Shown: piece after piece, positions 28,477 through 38,821 of the stretch
Layout: each line of letters starts with the position of its first letter
Numbering within the stretch: the first letter of the stretch is position 1
Translations under genes and position numbers: made by a program
The notes under the pieces: generated by a model
Database searches by the model: none
Told to the model about the DNA's origin: nothing
Seen by the model: the letters and a program-made list of their open reading frames with translations, nothing else
Sequence record: SRR31156797_9699
Length of the DNA: 43,863 nucleotides
Strand: one strand, 5' to 3'

Positions 28477-28748
28477 TAAAACAGAAGGAAGAATCCGGGC
28501 ACAAATTCAGTTACATAAGCAAAAAGCATAGCCTCCCAAATCGTACCGGTTAAGACAAATACTCATGTCAATCCCTTTGATATTTCAAATACAGAAGAAA
28601 TTAGACCAAAATCATCCTTACACTGTCAATGCTTATATTGCCAATATTTTTATCATCATAGCACAAATAAGCACCATCGCTTATGGTATGGTTCGGTTTT
28701 AGATCGTGAATTTATTTTTGAGTTATCTCTAAGAGGGCGAAGTTAGGA

Positions 28749-29720
28749 TCAAACCCTGGTTTTATTCTTTATGGCATCACAGAGGGCAGGAAAAAATTTA
28801 AACATATCTTCAACAATACCAAAATCCGCTTTTGTAAAAATTTGGGCTTGTTCATCCAGATTAATGGCAACAATCACCCTGGCTCCCCTAAAACCGGCAC
28901 AATGAAAAATTGACCCGGATATCCCCCAGGCAAAATACAAATCGGGACTTATATTATGTCCTGTCTGGCCAATCTGTGCGGAAAAAGGTGCATATCCGGC
29001 GTCAACAGCACTTCTTGTTGCGCCGACGGATATATTTAACTGTGCTGTAGCTTCCTGAAATTCTTTAAACTTTGCTGCTGACCCAAAACCCAACCCCCCA
29101 CCAAAAACAGTTTTTGCGGTTAAAATATCATTTTTATGTTTTATGGGGGTCCTTGAAATAATTTCCATACTATCTTTAGTTTCAGATTTAGCCACATCCA
29201 TAGCAAGGGGAAAAAAATTAAATTTTTTTTGCCGTGTTAAAATATCCGGATTCACGGTATAGAAATTGACCGGACCCGGCATGGCATATTCCGCATGCGC
29301 CATGCCCGCGTATATCCTTTTGCTTGCCACGCAATTATTTAGATCGACATCTACACAATTGTGCAACAAAGGTGCGTTGGATAAAACAGCACACCGGGAA
29401 ACAATATCATGTCCTGTCTGACCGGCAACAGCTATGAAATCATCAAGATCGATTTTTTCAATACTAGACGCAAGAGTCCGTGCGTAAACATCGGGAGATT
29501 CATGGACACAAATTGCCGACCCTAAATCCAGGAAATATTGCGCCCCATTCTCACCCATCGTGTTAAGAAAACCGGGCTTAATTGTCTGGGAACCAAAGGC
29601 AAAAACTTCGCATTTTTGTTGTGCCACAAAATTGAGCAAATCAAAAGATGACGTTTTAATTTTTCCATCACGTTGGGTATCAAGAAAAACACCCACTTTC
29701 CTTTTACTGTTTTCAAACAA
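28749..29720 (-). CDS. etfA: Electron transfer flavoprotein alpha subunit
   Basis: GGGLG, VGATRSAVDAG, QIGQTG, YFAWGISGS, AINLD. Confidence 0.9.
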   Translation of the reverse strand: MFENSKRKVGVFLDTQRDGKIKTSSFDLLNFVAQQKCEVFAFGSQTIKPGFLNTMGENGAQYFLDLGSAICVHESPDVYARTLASSIEKIDLDDFIAVAGQTGHDIVSRCAVLSNAPLLHNCVDVDLNNCVASKRIYAGMAHAEYAMPGPVNFYTVNPDILTRQKKFNFFPLAMDVAKSETKDSMEIISRTPIKHKNDILTAKTVFGGGLGFGSAAKFKEFQEATAQLNISVGATRSAVDAGYAPFSAQIGQTGHNISPDLYFAWGISGSIFHCAGFRGARVIVAINLDEQAQIFTKADFGIVEDMFKFFPALCDAIKNKTRV

Positions 29721-30489
29721 GATTAATCCCTTTTTTTTTCAGTGCATCCAACAAATTTATTGCCTTTTCTTCAACACTGCTGCCTAAAATCATCTGACAG
29801 GTACGTGATGGATCACACTTATGAATACTTTTCAGACAAGGGGAAGTTATGTCAACATCTTTTCTTTCTGCCGATAAAGTCGGGATCTCTTTTTCCTGAG
29901 CATCCATGAGATTTTTTAAAGTGGGATACGGAAGTGTAATCTCGTTTTTTTCACACATCAGCAAACAAGGCATTTTTGTCTCGATGATTTCATCCATATC
30001 ATCATATTGTCGTTTCGCTTGTATCATATTCTTTCGAGTTTTCAGACCGGATATCCCTGGAACAATATCCAGATTCAACATGGATGCTAACCGATACGGA
30101 ACCTCCGCATTGGCCATGCCGATGGATTGTGCGCCACACAGAATAATATCCGGCATTTTATTATACTTTCCAGCTAAGTGGAGCACGCCCCGGGACAGAG
30201 CAAAAGCAGTATTTTGAGGGGAATCTATCGGATCAAGACCGCTGACATAAACCGCATCCAAAACGCCCATAGCCAAACTTTTATACAAATATGTCACACA
30301 ATCTTCTTCATCTTTTTTACACCCTGCACTGACGATACAGACATCACCGCCAAGACTTAAGGCCAGAGACAGGGCATGGACATCATAAAAACTCATTACC
30401 TCGGGTTTTGGAACCATAAAATTGCCGGTATCAATGCGGGATATGGCATCGGCATCAGGCACATACTTTACGCATACGCTGATAAGCAT
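29713..30489 (-). CDS. etfB: Electron transfer flavoprotein beta subunit
   Basis: VCVKYVPD, LAMGV, IILCGAQS, YPTL; directly upstream of etfA. Confidence 0.85.
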   Translation of the reverse strand: MLISVCVKYVPDADAISRIDTGNFMVPKPEVMSFYDVHALSLALSLGGDVCIVSAGCKKDEEDCVTYLYKSLAMGVLDAVYVSGLDPIDSPQNTAFALSRGVLHLAGKYNKMPDIILCGAQSIGMANAEVPYRLASMLNLDIVPGISGLKTRKNMIQAKRQYDDMDEIIETKMPCLLMCEKNEITLPYPTLKNLMDAQEKEIPTLSAERKDVDITSPCLKSIHKCDPSRTCQMILGSSVEEKAINLLDALKKKGINLV

Positions 30490-30491
30490 AA

Positions 30492-31583
30492 TTAAATACC
30501 GGGTTTTGAGCCTATTGCATCAGCCCTACGAATAGCAACCTCAAGAATATCTGTTGTAATTTCACACGGCATATTAAAAATAATGTTGGGTGGCATGCAT
30601 ATTTTTTTAATCATTTTTTTAATCATCGGATCTTCTGCATCCGTAACCCCCATGCTGGCCAGATTTGTCGTCAAACCAAACTGCTGTAGAAATACCACCA
30701 TCTGTTCTATATATTCTTGCGGTCTTTTTTCAAGAACCAGTTGAACAATAAGACCAAAACTTACAGACTCTCCATGCAGCACCTGTTGGGTTGCACTAAT
30801 CATACTCAGCCCGGAACTTATGGCGTGCCCCGCTGCCAATCCGCCGTTTTCAAATCCAAGACCACTCAATAAAATCGAAGCCTCCACAACATTTTCAAAC
30901 GCTTGGCTATGGACTTTCGCTTTGACGGATTTATAGGCTTCGGGACCCTCATTCCGGATAATATCCCAACACAGATCGGACAATGCAACCGCCGTCCGGG
31001 AAATACCGCTGTTATAGAAATTTGAGGCACCGGATTTGTAGCAGGCGTCTGCCTCAAACTTCGTTGCGGCGGCATCGCCTATCCCGGCGGCAAAAAATCT
31101 TACCGGAGATTTCAAAATGATATCCGTGTCAACAAGAACACACCAGGGGGAAAATTTCATCTCCACCACTCTGTCTTTACTATGATCTTCTTTATAGATA
31201 AGAGCGATATGACTGGCCGGGGCATCGGTGGAAGCAATGGTGGGAACGATTGCAACCGGAGCATTAAGCTTTATGGACATGGCTTTTACAGTATCGGCCA
31301 CCTTCCCTCCGCCAATGGCCACGATGGCATCACAGGACAATCTTTCGTATTCCTCACATAGTCGTTGAATTTCACGGTCGCAGCACTCGCCCCCAAAAAT
31401 TACATTATATACTTTTTTACCCTGTTTTTTTAATGAATTGGCGGGTCTGTTCCCTACGATATCCGTCACAATCTCATCGGCGGCAAGTAAAAACGATTCT
31501 CCCATGGGACCCAACTTTTCGCCCAAAAGATCGATGGCTCCCTGTCCCTGATAATAACGAAATGGGGCTCCAAAAGTAATCAT
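30492..31583 (-). CDS. gldA: Glycerol dehydrogenase family enzyme
   Basis: YYQGQG, FGGEC, GGGKVADTVK, PTIASTDAP, GIGDA, LSGLGFENGG, LHGE. Confidence 0.88.
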   Translation of the reverse strand: MITFGAPFRYYQGQGAIDLLGEKLGPMGESFLLAADEIVTDIVGNRPANSLKKQGKKVYNVIFGGECCDREIQRLCEEYERLSCDAIVAIGGGKVADTVKAMSIKLNAPVAIVPTIASTDAPASHIALIYKEDHSKDRVVEMKFSPWCVLVDTDIILKSPVRFFAAGIGDAAATKFEADACYKSGASNFYNSGISRTAVALSDLCWDIIRNEGPEAYKSVKAKVHSQAFENVVEASILLSGLGFENGGLAAGHAISSGLSMISATQQVLHGESVSFGLIVQLVLEKRPQEYIEQMVVFLQQFGLTTNLASMGVTDAEDPMIKKMIKKICMPPNIIFNMPCEITTDILEVAIRRADAIGSKPGI

Positions 31584-33142
31584 GTCCCAATAGCCTCGCT
31601 TTTAAAACAATAGTCTACTTCTTTTCCGGTTTCAAATTCATACAGCTTATGATTTATTATGTGCAATGCCTTCTGACTTTTCTTATAAAGTTCAAAAAGT
31701 CTGGTGTATTTTTCATGATTAACCGGATCAGGAATGTTCTTTGAACCGATACGAACACATTTTTCAACGGCATTTTCATGGCTGGAAAAAAGGCCCAATC
31801 CGACACCGGCAGCGACAGCAGCACCAAATGCGGCTTCACAATTTTCCGGATTAAGAATCTCCTGCCCAATAATGTCACACAGGATCTGTCTCCAGAGCGG
31901 GCTTTTTGCCCCTCCCCCGATCAGTCGTATTTCATCAAGCTTAATATTCAAAGGATCAAATACATTCATGCAATCCAGAAGGGAAAAAGATATTCCTTCA
32001 TACAGGGCTTTTACAAGATGTCCGGCTGTATGACGGATGGTAATGCCCAAATAATCACCGCGGAGAAAAGGGTCCATGTACGGTGATTTTTCGCCGAGAA
32101 AATAGGGGTGGAATAACAACCCGTCCGATCCTGCCGGTATCGATTGTGCTTTTTCTTCAATAATGCTGAACGCATCTTTACCGTCCGTACCCAATCCCGG
32201 AAAAAATTGATCCCGGAACCATTTGTGAACCTGGGCGCCTGACAGGGTTGCTGCCACCACATACCACATGTCTGGAACGGGATGAAGATAATTGAACAAC
32301 AGGGGATGAGGGCATGGCTCCGCGCACATGACCGCGGTATTACCGGCAGTCGCTATCTTAAATATGCTCTGGCCGTAATTGATGGCACCGGAGCCATAAT
32401 ATTCCAAAGCCGTATCTGATGATCCGATAATGACCGGAACACCCTCAGGTAAACCGGTACTTTCAGCGGCTTCTCCGCTTACCACACCAGCAACATCCAT
32501 TGCTTCACCGATGGGCGGCAAAGTATGCATGGGCCAATTTATAAATGAGCATAATTCTTCTGACCAGCACTTATTTTTCTGATCAAACATCAATGTTCCC
32601 TGTGCATCTGCATAATCAGTGACCCAGTCTCCGGTAATCCGGTAACGAAGATAATCCTTAGCCGTAAAATGACGTGCAGTTTTTTCCACAACTTCAGGCT
32701 CATGTTTGGCCAGCCATTTGAGTTGCGGTAATGTCCACGTCGGGCTGGCTTTGTGATAGGAGATTTCAAAAATTCTGTCTCCATGATCCCTGTTCAGTTC
32801 CATTACTTCCTGGGTGCTTCTCGTATCTGTCCAAAGAATAGCCGGCCTGAGAACCCTGTCATTTTCATCAATGAGCACAGGCGTATGGGTGGCAGCCGTA
32901 ACACAGATGCCTATTAGGTCGTTTTTATTAATATCCGGCAATGAAAACAGTTCAGCACTGCAATGACAAAGTGCATCCCACCACTCATCAGGCGATTGTT
33001 CCGCCCATCCCTGTTTCAGATAGGTGGTATTTAACTCCTTACTGGCCGAACCCAAAGCACAACCATTCCCACCAAGCAAAGTCAATTTCATATTACTTGA
33101 ACCAATATCAATGCCAAGCACAAATTTTTGTTCATTTTTCAT
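31580..33142 (-). CDS. FGGY family carbohydrate kinase (xylulokinase-like)
   Basis: LGIDIGSS, AEQSP, PAILWTDTR, KDYLRY, PYFLGEKSP, GGGAKS. Confidence 0.9.
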   Translation of the reverse strand: MKNEQKFVLGIDIGSSNMKLTLLGGNGCALGSASKELNTTYLKQGWAEQSPDEWWDALCHCSAELFSLPDINKNDLIGICVTAATHTPVLIDENDRVLRPAILWTDTRSTQEVMELNRDHGDRIFEISYHKASPTWTLPQLKWLAKHEPEVVEKTARHFTAKDYLRYRITGDWVTDYADAQGTLMFDQKNKCWSEELCSFINWPMHTLPPIGEAMDVAGVVSGEAAESTGLPEGVPVIIGSSDTALEYYGSGAINYGQSIFKIATAGNTAVMCAEPCPHPLLFNYLHPVPDMWYVVAATLSGAQVHKWFRDQFFPGLGTDGKDAFSIIEEKAQSIPAGSDGLLFHPYFLGEKSPYMDPFLRGDYLGITIRHTAGHLVKALYEGISFSLLDCMNVFDPLNIKLDEIRLIGGGAKSPLWRQILCDIIGQEILNPENCEAAFGAAVAAGVGLGLFSSHENAVEKCVRIGSKNIPDPVNHEKYTRLFELYKKSQKALHIINHKLYEFETGKEVDYCFKSEAIGT

Positions 33143-33145
33143 TTT

Positions 33146-33436
33146 TTATTTCCTTATATCAGGTACTATCTCTTTGAGAACCTTTCCAATTAAATCAGGA
33201 GTGTTGATCGTATGGGGACAGGACTTATTACACCCTAATACGGCCTCACCCTGCTGTAGGTGATCGATAATCTCCTTGTTTACTTCAACATATCCGTTTA
33301 ACGATGCATAAGCGAGGTACGCCATGGCAGATGCGGCTAACGATTCTTTAATGCTCACAGATTCAGGAAATGTAATTCTACAGGGATTTGGACAAAAGGC
33401 ACAAAAACAAAGTTGTTCTTTTTCAAAATCATTCAT
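33146..33436 (-). CDS. Small Fe-S protein (GlpC/ferredoxin-like cysteine motifs)
   Basis: CAFCPNPC and CNKSCP; translationally coupled (TAATG) to the upstream flavoprotein. Confidence 0.6.
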   Translation of the reverse strand: MNDFEKEQLCFCAFCPNPCRITFPESVSIKESLAASAMAYLAYASLNGYVEVNKEIIDHLQQGEAVLGCNKSCPHTINTPDLIGKVLKEIVPDIRK

Positions 33437-34905
33437 TATATTTCTCCCCGGCGCAATCCCAGCTTTCCAGGATTCATAATGTTATTCGGATCGATTGTAT
33501 CTTTTATTTGCTGCAAAAGTTCATGCCCGTATCCAAGTTCCGCAGCCAACCACTGACCACGCATCAACCCGATACCATGATGATGAGCGATGCTTCCGCC
33601 ATTCTCCATGCTGGCGGTTTCAACCTTTTCCCAGATTTCCTGCTGATATTTTTCAGCTTTTTCTCGATCATCGCCCGGCACCACAAAGGTCATATAACAA
33701 CAGGCACCATCAGGGTATATATGGGACCAATGTGCACTAAAATGAACATTCGGAATGGACCCGGTCACAGAATTACAGCAAGACTCATATATGGCTGGAA
33801 GCGAAGACCAGCGTGCTGATATTTCAATGGTATCCATAAAGCGACCCTGTGAATAATGTTTTGCGGAAAACGATTCATAACGATGGGCAAACCACTCCTC
33901 AGCCGGTTTATTTCCAGCAATGACACCGCCATGTTTTACACAAATATCACGGGCAACTTTTTTCTGGGCTAAAGCGAACTCTTTAACACCGGTAAAAGTT
34001 AACACACAAAGACAGGACCCTTCCGGGTAATCATCATGACCGGCAATTCTTGATGCAGACTCATGAACATCGTAAAGCCTGGCAAGGTTCAACCTTAATC
34101 CTGACTGCATAATCTTGCGCAACGCATCTAATGCATCTGCGTAATGAGCAAAAGCAAAACTCATGAGACATTCATTTTCCGGATAGGGCCAGATGCGCAT
34201 AGTGGCCTCGGCAATGATTCCCATTGTACCCTCTGCACCGATAAAGATATCAGCCAGAGAAGGACCTGTTGATCTTCGCGGTACAGGCTTGATTTCCAGC
34301 AGTTTGCCATTGGGCAGAACAACCTTCATTCCGGCAACCATATCTTCAGCCTTACCGTAACGACTTGAAACCTGACCGGCACCCCGGCAGGCCAACCAAC
34401 CGCCAACAGTGGACATATTAAGGGATTGGGGCAAATGACCGCAAGTCAGGCGCCTGCTATTCAGATAACTTTCAAACGTACCGCCATTTATTCCGGCTTC
34501 AACAGCAACAAGACCACTGATTTCATCAAGTTCGACAACCTTGTCAAGTCTTTTCAAATCAATACTCACAACTTCCGGAGACAACGGAACTGCCGCTCCC
34601 AGCACACCTGAACCTGCACCATAGGGAATCATTACCTGTTTTTCCCTATTTAAAAGTTCAACAACAGCACACAGCTCATCAATATTTTCAGGGATTACCA
34701 CGGCTCTTGGCAAATGGGTGGGCAGCTTGCCAAAACGATATTGAAGATTGCCGTATGGCCATCTATCACGACCATAAGCCAGTTTATCAGTAAAAGAAGT
34801 TAAGATATTATTTTCACTCACAATCCCAGCCAGAGGTTTAAACCAGCTTTTTTGACGGGTTGTGTCATTTTGCGCCTGTATATCTTTTATAATCGCATTT
34901 TTCAT
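33436..34905 (-). CDS. FAD-binding oxidoreductase, alkyl-dihydroxyacetonephosphate synthase / YgcU-like
   Basis: PYGAGSGV, GHLPQS..STVGGW, GAEGTMGII, AHWSHIY, HHHGIG, DPNNIMNPGKL. Confidence 0.85.
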   Translation of the reverse strand: MKNAIIKDIQAQNDTTRQKSWFKPLAGIVSENNILTSFTDKLAYGRDRWPYGNLQYRFGKLPTHLPRAVVIPENIDELCAVVELLNREKQVMIPYGAGSGVLGAAVPLSPEVVSIDLKRLDKVVELDEISGLVAVEAGINGGTFESYLNSRRLTCGHLPQSLNMSTVGGWLACRGAGQVSSRYGKAEDMVAGMKVVLPNGKLLEIKPVPRRSTGPSLADIFIGAEGTMGIIAEATMRIWPYPENECLMSFAFAHYADALDALRKIMQSGLRLNLARLYDVHESASRIAGHDDYPEGSCLCVLTFTGVKEFALAQKKVARDICVKHGGVIAGNKPAEEWFAHRYESFSAKHYSQGRFMDTIEISARWSSLPAIYESCCNSVTGSIPNVHFSAHWSHIYPDGACCYMTFVVPGDDREKAEKYQQEIWEKVETASMENGGSIAHHHGIGLMRGQWLAAELGYGHELLQQIKDTIDPNNIMNPGKLGLRRGEI

Positions 34906-34935
34906 GTTTTTTGGCCACTCTATTTAATATTAAAA

Positions 34936-35643
34936 TTATATACCCAAGTATTTTTCTTTTACACCCGGATTATTTAAAAGTTCATCCCCTGAACCTTCCA
35001 TCACAACCATACCGTTTTCAATCACATAAGCTTTATGAGACATTAAAAGCGCTGCATAAAGATTTTGCTCAACCAAAAGTATGTTGAACTCTTCTTTTCT
35101 AAGATCATCTAATATTTCAAAAACCTGTTCAACAACAATAGGTGCAAGCCCCAGAGAAGGTTCATCAACCAGCATCAATTTAGGCGCTGTCATCAACCCC
35201 CTTCCCATGCTCACCATTTGCCGCTCACCTCCGCTGAGAGTACCGGCATCTCTGGAAAGTTTATCTTTAATATTCGGAAATTTATCAAGGACCCAGGCCA
35301 ATCTAACTTTGTTTTCCGCTTGTTTTTTGCGATGCAGGTATGAGCCAATCTGTAGATTATCAAGCACACTCATCTTATTGAAAAGTTGCCACCCCTCAGG
35401 AATAAGGGTAATACCAAGCTTTGCCCGTTCATGGGTGGGCAAATTACTGATATCGGCATTTTCAAAGATTATGCGCCCGCTTTTCAGGGGAACCAAACCG
35501 GCAATGGCTTTAAGAGTGGTTGATTTGCCCGAGTTGTTACTCCCCACAACGGCAACTGTTTTGCCGGGGTTCAATTCAAGGTTTACTTTCCTTAAAACCG
35601 AAAGATCACCGTAGTCAACACAAATGTCTTCAAGTTTAAGCAT
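34936..35643 (-). CDS. livF: LIV-type ABC transporter ATPase
   Basis: GSNNSGKST, LSGGERQM, DEPSLGLAP, VEQN. Confidence 0.92.
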   Translation of the reverse strand: MLKLEDICVDYGDLSVLRKVNLELNPGKTVAVVGSNNSGKSTTLKAIAGLVPLKSGRIIFENADISNLPTHERAKLGITLIPEGWQLFNKMSVLDNLQIGSYLHRKKQAENKVRLAWVLDKFPNIKDKLSRDAGTLSGGERQMVSMGRGLMTAPKLMLVDEPSLGLAPIVVEQVFEILDDLRKEEFNILLVEQNLYAALLMSHKAYVIENGMVVMEGSGDELLNNPGVKEKYLGI

Positions 35644-36361
35644 TATAATTTTTCCCTAAATATGCAGTAATAACCCGTTCGTCCTGACTGACTTCTTTGG
35701 GTTTTCCTACGGTAATGAGTTCACCATGATCAAGAACAATAACACGGAAAGAAATGGCCATAACTGCTTGCATTAAATGTTCTACAAAAAAAATAGTCGT
35801 TTCTTTTTCTTTATGGATGGCTCTGATCAAATCAAGCATCTGAGACACCTCATTGGGATTCAGCCCTGCCATCAATTCATCAAGCAATAAAAGTTTAGGC
35901 TTTGTTGCCAGAGCCCTTGCCAGTTCAGATCGCTTTCTATCCGAAAAATTTAATTTGCCGATCTTTTTATCCCATTGATCCTCAAGGCCCACGTATTCTA
36001 ATACCTCAAAGGCAGAACGCCTGGCATCTTTCAACGAAGAATCATGCACCAGGCTGCCTAAAATGGTGGATTGCAAAACAGTCATCCCCATTAACGGCCT
36101 CGTTGTCTGGGTGGTTATGGCGATACCGTTCCGGCAGATCTGATAAGGTTTATGTTGAGTTATATCTATGCCGTTAAATTTAATTTGGCCTTCATTGGGG
36201 GGCAAGAATCCGGTAATCATGCGAAAAAGCGTGGATTTACCGGCACCGTTCGGGCCAACAAGCCCAATGATTTCGCCTTTTTTCATATCGAAATTCACAT
36301 CTCCAATGGCGACAACTCCGGAAAAAATTTTACTTAAATGATTCACTTCTAGTAATTTCAT
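35636..36361 (-). CDS. livG: LIV-type ABC transporter ATPase
   Basis: GPNGAGKST, ELARALAT, LLLDELMAGLN, VEH, AYLG. Confidence 0.92.
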   Translation of the reverse strand: MKLLEVNHLSKIFSGVVAIGDVNFDMKKGEIIGLVGPNGAGKSTLFRMITGFLPPNEGQIKFNGIDITQHKPYQICRNGIAITTQTTRPLMGMTVLQSTILGSLVHDSSLKDARRSAFEVLEYVGLEDQWDKKIGKLNFSDRKRSELARALATKPKLLLLDELMAGLNPNEVSQMLDLIRAIHKEKETTIFFVEHLMQAVMAISFRVIVLDHGELITVGKPKEVSQDERVITAYLGKNYNA

Positions 36362-36478
36362 CTTAGGCCCTTATCACCAGGTTTCCTGTCACAAAGAACA
36401 AGGAAATTTTTTGGCAGGTATAACATTAATGAAGTCCTTCTGGTTTTCTCAATTTTTTAGGTTGTGGACGTCGCCCGC

Positions 36479-37450
36479 CTAGTCCTTTTTTTGTGGAATA
36501 ACAAACTCAAGGAAACCTCTCAACCCTTGAGGTCTGAGCATAATCACCACAATAAGAAGAACCCCGTAAAGTATTCCCGATAAGCCGGCATAGGTGCCAC
36601 CTAAAAGACCACGAATCAACTCGTCAGGGACAATAACAATAAACGCACCAAGCAATGGCCCTAAAATTGTTCCAATGCCTCCGATTACCGTAACGATTAT
36701 TATCTTTATAGACAGGTTAAAGCTAAAAACAACGTCCGGTTCCAAAACACCGATATATAAGGCATAAAAAGCACCGCCCAGTGCCGTCAAGAAGGCGCTG
36801 AGCATGGCTGCCTTAATCTTTACTTTACCGGTATTTATTCCTGAACTTGTTGCGGCCTCCTCATCTTCTTTGATCGCCTGGCAACTGATACCAAACCGGG
36901 TTCTTTCAAAGAATATAGTCACAATTAAAGTAAAAAACATTAACCCAAGGCTAATGTAATAATATTCAGATCTTGAAATATTCAAAGTCTGAACACTCAT
37001 TCCCAAAGGACCTCCGGTCAAAGACTCATGAAAAAGAGCAAGTTTTCGTAAAATTTCGGCCAAAGCGAAAGTAGTTAAGGCAAAGAAAATACCCGTAAGC
37101 CGCAAACTGCTCAATCCAATAATAAAAGCAAGAGCCACTGAAAAGAAAGCACCGGCCAATAATCCAACAATAATACTACCTTTATATTGAAGGATTATAA
37201 TACCCATTGAATACCCGGCAATACCAAAGAATGAGGCATGGCCAACGGAAAATTGTCCGCAATATCCTCCCAGAATATTCCAGGCAGAACTTAGCATGGC
37301 AAAAAGCATTACCATTATAAGAATATGCAGCAGCCATGAGCTGGTTACCAGCAAGGGCAGACATCCGAAGATCACGGCAATGATGGCAAGGTAAGTCTTC
37401 AGTGCTTTATCACGTTGTCTACCGTGTTCAAGAACTTTAAAAAATGACAT
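36479..37450 (-). CDS. livM: LIV-type ABC transporter permease
   Basis: WNILGGYCGQFSVGHA, TGGPLG, GGIGTILGP, RPQGL. Start at MSFFK after GGAG. Confidence 0.88.
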   Translation of the reverse strand: MSFFKVLEHGRQRDKALKTYLAIIAVIFGCLPLLVTSSWLLHILIMVMLFAMLSSAWNILGGYCGQFSVGHASFFGIAGYSMGIIILQYKGSIIVGLLAGAFFSVALAFIIGLSSLRLTGIFFALTTFALAEILRKLALFHESLTGGPLGMSVQTLNISRSEYYYISLGLMFFTLIVTIFFERTRFGISCQAIKEDEEAATSSGINTGKVKIKAAMLSAFLTALGGAFYALYIGVLEPDVVFSFNLSIKIIIVTVIGGIGTILGPLLGAFIVIVPDELIRGLLGGTYAGLSGILYGVLLIVVIMLRPQGLRGFLEFVIPQKKD

Positions 37451-37454
37451 CTGT

Positions 37455-38312
37455 TTAACCCTCTCCAAAAATGCCCGCAGGACGGATAAGAATAATCAAA
37501 ATAAATAAGAAGAAGAGTATTGGATCATGATACCCGGGCGTATAATATGAAATAAACGAGGAGAGTATCCCGACCAAGAAGCTTGAATATAGTGATCCAA
37601 CCAGATTTCCAATCCCCCCCATAACGCAGATCAAAAAAAACAAGGTTAGAAAAGAACCGCCGCTGTGTGGTTCAACGCTGTAGAAAACCATAAGCTGGAA
37701 TGCACCAAAAAGGATATAAACCGCGCTTATTCCAAATACAATAGGAGCGAGCCTTTTTGTATTAATTCCAATAACCGAGGCCATATCTTTATTCTGGACC
37801 AGAGCTTTAATACATTTTCCATACCAGCTTTTATTAAGGAATAAATACCCCACACCAAGCAGGGTCAACGAAATCAGGAAAATGTAAAACCGGGTCAGGC
37901 TGATATAAATATCTTCCCCGATAAGCGCGCCCTGCTCCATTGCACCGAGTGATCGTGGAAAACTCCCCCAAATTGAATGGGCAAGATTTTCAAGAACAAT
38001 GACCAGCCCCATGGTCAATAATATCTGGATTTCCTCATTTTCGGAAAAAACAATGAATCGTCTGACAACCCATCCGAAAGCATAAGCAATCGGCATCAAT
38101 ATTAAAACTGTCAGGGCTATGGGAACCTTGAGTGAAATGAAAACAAACACCCCATACATGGCAAACATAAGCATGGCGCCATAGCCGAAATTGGTAACTT
38201 TAAGCGCCCCGATCTGAAAATTGAAATTGACAGCCAATAATGCATAGATGCCACCGGAAAATATCCCGGCCACTAAAATAGTAACAAATGTACCGAAATC
38301 CACTATTTTCAT
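37455..38312 (-). CDS. livH: LIV-type ABC transporter permease
   Basis: GGIYALLA, NFGYG, MGGIGN, RPAGIFG. Confidence 0.88.
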   Translation of the reverse strand: MKIVDFGTFVTILVAGIFSGGIYALLAVNFNFQIGALKVTNFGYGAMLMFAMYGVFVFISLKVPIALTVLILMPIAYAFGWVVRRFIVFSENEEIQILLTMGLVIVLENLAHSIWGSFPRSLGAMEQGALIGEDIYISLTRFYIFLISLTLLGVGYLFLNKSWYGKCIKALVQNKDMASVIGINTKRLAPIVFGISAVYILFGAFQLMVFYSVEPHSGGSFLTLFFLICVMGGIGNLVGSLYSSFLVGILSSFISYYTPGYHDPILFFLFILIILIRPAGIFGEG

Positions 38313-38408
38313 CTCCTGTTATCTGCCGCTTTCTATCGTTATTTCAGCAGGTTGATTAACAGTTTAGAACCGTCAGCATAACTTTCCGGCTTGAATTCCA
38401 AGGTGTAA

Positions 38409-38461
38409 ATCCGGGTAGAAAGTGGTATCAAACGCCCCCACCCCTCCCGACGGAACGGCTC
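38409..38461 (-). mobile_element. Possible 3' remnant of a group II intron (truncated domain V, domain VI)
   Basis: Minus strand GAGCCG...TTCCGT CGGGAGGGGTGG...CCACTTTCT-A-CCCG GAT: stem with a bulged A 8 nt from an AT end. Confidence 0.4.
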
Positions 38462-38524
38462 GTTCAGCAAGGAGAATCTCTCTCCAATTAGCAAATGGAA
38501 CAAGGGTAGTTCAAGCGGTCGCTT

Positions 38525-38790
38525 AAGGAAACTCAGCTAAGAGACTATGACGGGATAATCGGTCATAACCCCATAGCCCACGGTGCGATATATTTTTTTG
38601 CGATTGAGCAACGTTGTCATGATGACCCAAAAACCAGTGGCGATCTATTTATCGCCAGTTGCGAAAAAATCAAAGTTCTCTCTTTGAAAGAAGCGCTACA
38701 AAGATTGTTGGCGCCTGCGCTTGACAAAACCTGTTCATCAAATGAATCCACCGAAAGTATTGCTGCCGGTCTTTTCATTTACGGTACAGC
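38525..38790 (+). pseudogene. C-terminal fragment of an IS4-family-like DDE transposase
   Basis: KETQLRDYDGIIGH...FFAIEQRCHDDPKTSGDLF..SCEKIKVLSLKEALQRLL, antisense to the operon. Confidence 0.6.
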
Positions 38791-38821
38791 AAGCCGCAAG
38801 CGCCGCAGATCAAAAACAGAT

